From Brachionichthys hirsutus (taxonomy: Eukaryota), in assembly GCF_040956055.1 (NCBI RefSeq), contig NC_090911.1, positions 1,524,830 through 1,588,829 of the forward strand: DNA of 64,000 bases. Reading direction: 5' to 3'. The notes beneath the pieces are model-generated. The model did no database searches, was not told the DNA's origin, and saw only the letters and a list, made by a program, of their open reading frames with translations. Shown one piece after another: positions 59,678 to 64,000 of the stretch (positions are counted from its first letter, which is position 1; each line of letters begins with the position of its first letter). Position numbers and translations under genes: made by a program.

Positions 59678-59816
59678 CCAAAGTCATGAGGGATGCGGGT
59701 GTAGAACTGGTTGCAGGCTTCAAGGAGCTGGTGACTGCTGCCCTTCTTCTTTAAACAACCCTCGATCTTCTTCAGGGCTGTGTAGCCTGCACGGATCTGC
59801 TCTGAGGTCAGCTTGC
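59678..59816 (-). CDS. parp2: PARP2 regulatory-domain exon (GKLTSEQIRAGYTALKKIEGCLKKKGSSHQLLEACNQFYTRIPHDFG)
   Basis: It matches human GKLTVAQIKAGYQSLKKIEDCIRAGQHGRALMEACNEFYTRIPHDFG. It is 139 nt. Confidence 0.85.
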
Positions 59817-60024
59817 CTGAAGGTAGGAAGACAAACACTGAACCTGAAAATGCCCCAGCACGGCAATGAGCGATGGAATCCCTGTTCCCTGCAGAATTCA
59901 CTGTTACCGCACATTTATTTATTTCAGATTAAATTGCATCGAGGAAAATGTTAATTCTGGGGGTATTATTGAAAATAAAAAGTATATGAAAGACAGATTC
60001 TGGTAGAGTTAGAGTCAAACAAAC

Positions 60025-60178
60025 CAAGAGGAGCTTTGCGGATGTCAAACTTCATCTCCAGGACGCACTCCTCCATCGCTCTGAGGTCACAGATGAGCTC
60101 CAGCAGAGACTGGATCTTCAGATCCAGCTTGGATGGCCTCTTTTTGGGAACAGCGTCCACTGTGGTCTGGTTCTGCTC
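60025..60178 (-). CDS. parp2: PARP2 exon (EQNQTTVDAVPKKRPSKLDLKIQSLLELICDLRAMEECVLEMKFDIRKAPL)
   Basis: It matches human ..ESQLDLRVQELIKLICNVQAMEEMMMEMKYNTKKAPLG. It has a cag acceptor and a GTTTGT donor, and is 154 nt. Confidence 0.8.
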
Positions 60179-60276
60179 CTGGAGTCAAAGCAGAAATCGA
60201 CGTTCACAATGATCTGCTGCTCACGATTCACGTGCTAAATGTTATTGAGCAGCTCTAGAGACGTCCGGTCCATTAC

Positions 60277-60379
60277 CTTCTCGTTTTTGCTGAAGTCCAT
60301 GAACACCATGTCGTACTTTCCAGCGACTTTCTCAAACGCCGCTCGGTGTTCCCACTCGTTCTTGGTCTTATCAAAGAAC
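60277..60379 (-). CDS. parp2: PARP2 exon (FFDKTKNEWEHRAAFEKVAGKYDMVFMDFSKNEK)
   Basis: It matches human FLDKTKNNWEDREKFEKVPGKYDMLQMDYATNTQ. It has a tgttacag acceptor and a GTAATG donor, and is 103 nt. Confidence 0.8.
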
Positions 60380-60465
60380 CTGTAACAGAGCAAACCCAGT
60401 TTTACTGAAGCCGCTTCAGTGTGACACATTCGGAAATGCTAAATGCTAATTAGCGGCAGTCTCAC

Positions 60466-60541
60466 TTTTTCTTGAAGACATCTTTGGCCTTCTGCAGGTC
60501 TCCACCACAGGCAGTCAGACTGTTCTGACCCACTTTTCCCA
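60466..60541 (-). CDS. parp2: PARP2 WGR exon (VGKVGQNSLTACGGDLQKAKDVFKKK)
   Basis: It matches human VGKMGQHSLVACSGNLNKAKEIFQKK. It is 76 nt. Confidence 0.8.
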
Positions 60542-60651
60542 CTGGAGGAAAGAAAGCGCAAAACAAACATGTTGTTTATTATTTCAAGTTTCCAAAAAGC
60601 CATCCGAGCAGGAGGCTCGTGCTGCTTCCATTTAAACCCGCACAGGCTCAC

Positions 60652-60748
60652 CTCTGCCCCACCTCAGCCAGACGGCGTACGCCTTGGAGCCGTCGTCCTC
60701 CAGCAGCTGCATCAGGTAGTACTTGTTGTTGTTAAACTGGAGGTTTGT
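60652..60748 (-). CDS. parp2: PARP2 WGR exon (TNLQFNNNKYYLMQLLEDDGSKAYAVWLRWGR)
   Basis: It is a near-exact match to human TNLQFNNNKYYLIQLLEDDAQRNFSVWMRWGR. It is 97 nt. Confidence 0.85.
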
Positions 60749-60853
60749 CTACGCAAAACAGGCGGCAGGAGATTTGAATGCAAACCATGCACCTTTCTGA
60801 CTTCATCTGGTAAATGCCTTTCATTCAATGTTAAATATTATTCAGCAGCTTAC

Positions 60854-60904
60854 CTGATTTAGCATCGTGTCGTAAACATCAGTTCCTTCACTGTAAACAT
60901 GGGC
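60854..60904 (-). CDS. parp2: PARP2 WGR exon (AHVYSEGTDVYDTMLNQ)
   Basis: It matches human AHVYCEGNDVYDVMLNQ. It has a ttttcag acceptor and a GTAAGC donor, and is 17 codons. Confidence 0.8.
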
Positions 60905-61300
60905 CTGAAAGAGAGATGGAAGAGTTACTCATTATTATAGTTACTGATAATGTGCGGCAACTGCAGCTGATCTGAATGTTGTTATATGAAAATATTACTA
61001 TTATTATTATAATATGAGACCGGCTAAATGTCCATATCCCTAAATAAGAAAGACAATACCAAATACTTTAGCAATATCTTTTCCATATCAAAGGTTTCCT
61101 TGACCTGCTCACAAGATTACATTTGGGAGAGGTTCCACTACGCAAAATAAGGACTTAAAGGATTTAGAGTTGTGTATCGCGAGCTCTAAACTCTGCCCTG
61201 CTCACAGAAGGAACTGCAGCATAGCTAAAGCGGGCGTCGAACCACAACCTGGCCGATGGTAACACGGCTTTATTTTCTCATGGGGCCATGAAGACGGTAC

Positions 61301-61371
61301 CTTTCCAAGTTTGGCTTTGCATTCGGGGTCCACTGGTGCTTTTCCTTTCATGACCACTGTCCTCACGACCT
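61301..61371 (-). CDS. parp2: PARP2 exon (VVRTVVMKGKAPVDPECKAKLGK)
   Basis: It matches human KALLLKGKAPVDPECTAKVGK. It has a cag acceptor and a GTACCG donor, and is 71 nt. Confidence 0.75.
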
Positions 61372-61536
61372 CTGTTCAACATCCCAAAACCAGAGACCAA
61401 ACATTACTGTGGAAACCTGATCCAAGGTAATGCTATATATCTTAATGAAGCTGGAGATACCAAAGGAAGCTGCCATAGCTGCTAAGCTTTGTGGGTAATT
61501 CCTGAACACACACAGACAGCGTCAGGTTCACATTAC

Positions 61537-61680
61537 CTTCTCTATTTGTTTCCTCACTGGGCTTTTCTTCTGTTTTTAATTGACTCGCGTTTTGCCCTCT
61601 TCTTCTCTTAGGTGCGGGATGCTGACTCGTCTCCTCCTCTTCCTCTTTAACCTGAACAGTCGACTCACGATTCAAACTCT
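61537..61680 (-). CDS. parp2: PARP2 N-terminal basic/NLS exon (SLNRESTVQVKEEEEETSQHPAPKRRRGQNASQLKTEEKPSEETNRE)
   Basis: There is a tandem cagag acceptor at 61679-61683 and a GTAATG donor. The phase-1 exit is compatible with the next exon. Confidence 0.7.
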
Positions 61681-61898
61681 CTGAATAAAGGAAGAGAGAA
61701 CACATTTCAAATATTCTTAGGAACTTGTTTGACATAAATATCAAAATCATGCTCATGAAAATGAGCCTAACCCTCTTCGGAGTCCAAGTCAAACACCAAA
61801 TTGCAGCCATGGAAAAGACAGAAATGAGCAAAGTTATAGCTTCCTGTACGTTGCAGCGTAACAATGCCACAACACCAAACACACACACCTGGTTTTAC

Positions 61899-62098
61899 CG
61901 TCTGACAGCGGATCTTCCTCTTGTATTTGGTGACGGGATTAATCTGGAGCATTTTCTTGAGGTTCACGTCAAAAGATTTCCCGGTTTCCAGAGACAGAAG
62001 AAGAGTGGTTTGTCCTGAAGAGACAGCCGAGTCCAACAAGGCGCCGGCAGAAGGCGAGTACGGTTCCCATTGTCCTCCATCGCCTTCCCACTGCCACA
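61899..62098 (-). CDS. parp2: PARP2 inserted exon encoding a WWE domain (VWQWEGDGGQWEPYSPSAGALLDSAVSSGQTTLLLSLETGKSFDVNLKKMLQINPVTKYKRKIRCQT)
   Basis: It has a ttttccttgccgctcag acceptor and a GTAAAA donor. It is 200 nt, made of 2 nt plus 66 codons. It enters compatibly with the phase-1 exit of exon 1 and exits at phase 0. The motifs W.WE.D.G.W..Y ... S.D....M.Q.N..T...R.IR are the canonical WWE signature. Confidence 0.6.
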
Positions 62099-62881
62099 CT
62101 GAGCGGCAAGGAAAATAGCACGGATCTTATGACCACTGTGAAATTAGTTTCATCTCAAAAACAGCAGTTTATGCCAGAGTAATGCGATGCGACAAGTTTA
62201 TAAACAATTAAGCATGGAATAAAAAATGAACTATTAATATTGCTAATAACGTTTATATTTCTGTTGGCTTTATCCAGTAATAATTCAGAGTAAAGAGTCA
62301 AAGTAGGTAGTAGACAGTACTGTAACTCAGTTTGACAGCTCTGGAGAAGATTGATTAAGTATGACAATTACAAATATTTGCATTAGTAGTATTAGTGGCA
62401 ATAAAATGAATAATATTACTAATTTTAAAGCTCTCAGCCTTACCCACCAAGGTGAGTTACCTTTATAATAAAAAGTACCAAATACTCTGACTTCATTGTA
62501 GATTTTTTCCTCCACGAGTTTCCTAAAACTAACGTATCATGATAATTATTAGAAACAGAATGTATTTATTCTATGCTTCAATTATGTTGTTTAAAAAGCC
62601 TTTTGATGTAAGACACAGCAACACAAACGCATCAGTTCACCTGTCCTTTCAGTTTTACTGATACTAATATATAATATATAAGTTGTAGGCGCTGTTTTAG
62701 CAGAGAGTCGTTCTTTTCGACACTAACTTGATCAATAAGACCTGGAAGGACAATAAATAATGACATTAATAGATCCTGCTTAAAAGCTGCCAACTCTGCC
62801 CGGACGCGAACCGGCCCGAGTGACGTAGATACTGGCTAGCTAGCTAGCGAGCTAGCCTTCTACAGGACGCCAAGCACCAAC

Positions 62882-62954
62882 CTGTTTTTGACTGGACATC
62901 TTCATCCCGCTGCGCAGTCTGGCCTTTATTTGCCAGCCGCTTGGAAGACCTCAT
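62882..62954 (-). CDS. parp2: PARP2 exon 1 coding part (MRSSKRLANKGQTAQRDEDVQSKT)
   Basis: The ATG at 62952-62954 has an upstream in-frame stop (taa). The donor is GTTGGT and the exit is phase 1. Confidence 0.7.
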
Positions 62955-63349
62955 GGTGGTTTATTAAAACGATGGCGGAGGGAGACCCGACAGTCACCGC
63001 AGACAGGCTGCTAAAGGTTCCCCGCGGAGGAAGCAGGATCAGGATGTGTCACTCAATTATCTAAAGAAAATACATTCGTGTTAGAACCTCGTCAGAAACA
63101 GCTGACATTTTCTTTGCTATCATAATGGTTTAAGGGCAAAACTGAAATCAATAAAAAAGATATATCTTTAATAATAATGTCAACCTGAACTGTACGGCGT
63201 GACCCCTGGGAACAAATCTCAGGACCAGACGTTCCGGCTTCACTGATCGTCGGAATTATTTTGCGGGTGGAACAATACAAATATACTCTCGGTCCGGAAC
63301 TGGAAGCCGAGTTCCGGTTCCGGTTCCAACCCAAGACAGTCACTGAAGC
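62955..63349. promoter_or_regulatory. PARP2 promoter and putative bidirectional region
   Basis: The PARP2 ATG at 62954 and the candidate plus-strand ATG at 63350 flank this interval. It is CpG-rich. Confidence 0.4.
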
Positions 63350-63412
63350 ATGGCGTCCCGGAGCTTCGGCGCCTGTGTCCTCTGTCATCCTGTCCTGAGG
63401 ATGACGTGCAGG
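63350..63412 (+). CDS. Candidate first coding exon of an unidentified plus-strand gene divergent from PARP2 (MASRSFGACVLCHPVLRMTCR; identity unknown)
   Basis: The ATG has a strong Kozak context (gaagcATGG). The exon is 21 codons and phase 0, and ends at a GTGAGC donor. It lies about 400 bp from the PARP2 start on the opposite strand. Downstream exons are not in the window. Confidence 0.3.
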
Positions 63413-64000
63413 GTGAGCGCGGTTTGTGTGTGTGTGTGTTTGTGTGTTTGTGTGTTTGTGTGTTTGTGTGTTTGTGTGTTTGTGTGTAGCATCGTTGCTT
63501 TGGAGGTCAGACACACAAAGACCTGAGAGTTTAACAGTTTAACACACATGCATCCCATGAACAGTTCTTCTTCTCATAGCATCTCCTATTGCTAGTTTTG
63601 GCAGGGAATATGTTTTCTTAAGACATCAATTATTATATATAGAACTATATTGAATTAAGATACATTTTAGTGTAGCTGGTTTCATGGGAAGGAAATCCCT
63701 GAATCTAAATCGACTGCTGAATACAGTAGATATAAAACAATAAATAGACAACAAGCAACCATGTCCTAGTGTTTTGAAGTGTATTGTTGATTTCATCGTT
63801 CATGTGTTGCATGTAGCTACGGGCAGGATATCAAACGAATGATTTAATCAGACATGCCTCTGAGAATATATATCCATACTTTGTAATTTTACTAGAAATG
63901 CAACTAAATAACTTTAAAACTTTGGATATGTAAATCTTGAATCTGTCCGTCATGTTAAGTATCAGATAATCAGTGGAACTGACAAATACAATTTCCTTTT

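Noticed and set aside
62960-63330. Possible RNase P RNA (RPPH1) gene divergent from PARP2, as in human. The stretch GGCGGAGGGAGAcccgacagtcaccg superficially resembles the RPPH1 5' end GGGCGGAGGGAAGCUCAUCAG.
   Set aside because: I could not find the conserved CR-I, CR-IV or CR-V blocks (AGGUCUGAGA, GAGUUCAAUGG), nor a 3' segment able to pair with the 5' end as a P1 helix. The match is most likely the PARP2 5'UTR or promoter. This needs an Infernal/RF00009 scan to settle.

Overview
This window is vertebrate nuclear DNA, almost certainly from a teleost fish. It has spliced multi-exon genes with GT-AG introns, tRNA-derived SINEs, (CA)n/(GT)n microsatellites and CpG-island promoters. There is no prokaryotic defence system, CRISPR array or operon. 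I could reconstruct six protein-coding genes from splice-site and phase logic plus remembered family sequences. (1) An apolipoprotein-L-like gene on the minus strand (~6.55-8.7 kb). (2) An unassigned minus-strand gene of many short phase-compatible exons (~9.35-17.5 kb) encoding a Lys/Ser/Glu-rich protein with recurring GG(I/V/F)FSGMFKK motifs. (3) TEP1, telomerase/vault protein component 1, on the minus strand from 19,326 to 45,450. Its full architecture is visible: TEP1 N-terminal repeats, TROVE, vWA-like, DUF4062, NACHT P-loop, WD40 array. (4) A ZNRF2-like N-myristoylated RING E3 ligase gene on the plus strand (46,679-48,538), transcribed divergently from TEP1 across a CpG island. (5) A TMBIM/Lifeguard-family gene, TMBIM1-like, on the plus strand (54,023-55,577). 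(6) PARP2 on the minus strand (56,332-62,954; 17 coding exons). The most unusual feature is a 200-bp phase-compatible exon inside PARP2 that encodes a canonical WWE domain. Human PARP2 has no WWE domain as far as I can recall. A NAGNAG tandem acceptor on the next exon would keep the frame whether or not the WWE exon is included. PARP2 and TEP1 are neighbours as in human 14q11.2, but here two extra genes sit between them and both lie on the same strand. The window also contains several ORF-preserving minisatellites, an inverted pair of transposable-element copies inside TEP1, a perfect hairpin inside a SINE in the last PARP2 intron, and many 14-23 nt G or C homopolymer tracts. All coordinates were derived by hand from the sequence, so exon ends may be off by a few bases. 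Product assignments rest on recalled family sequences and are not database hits.
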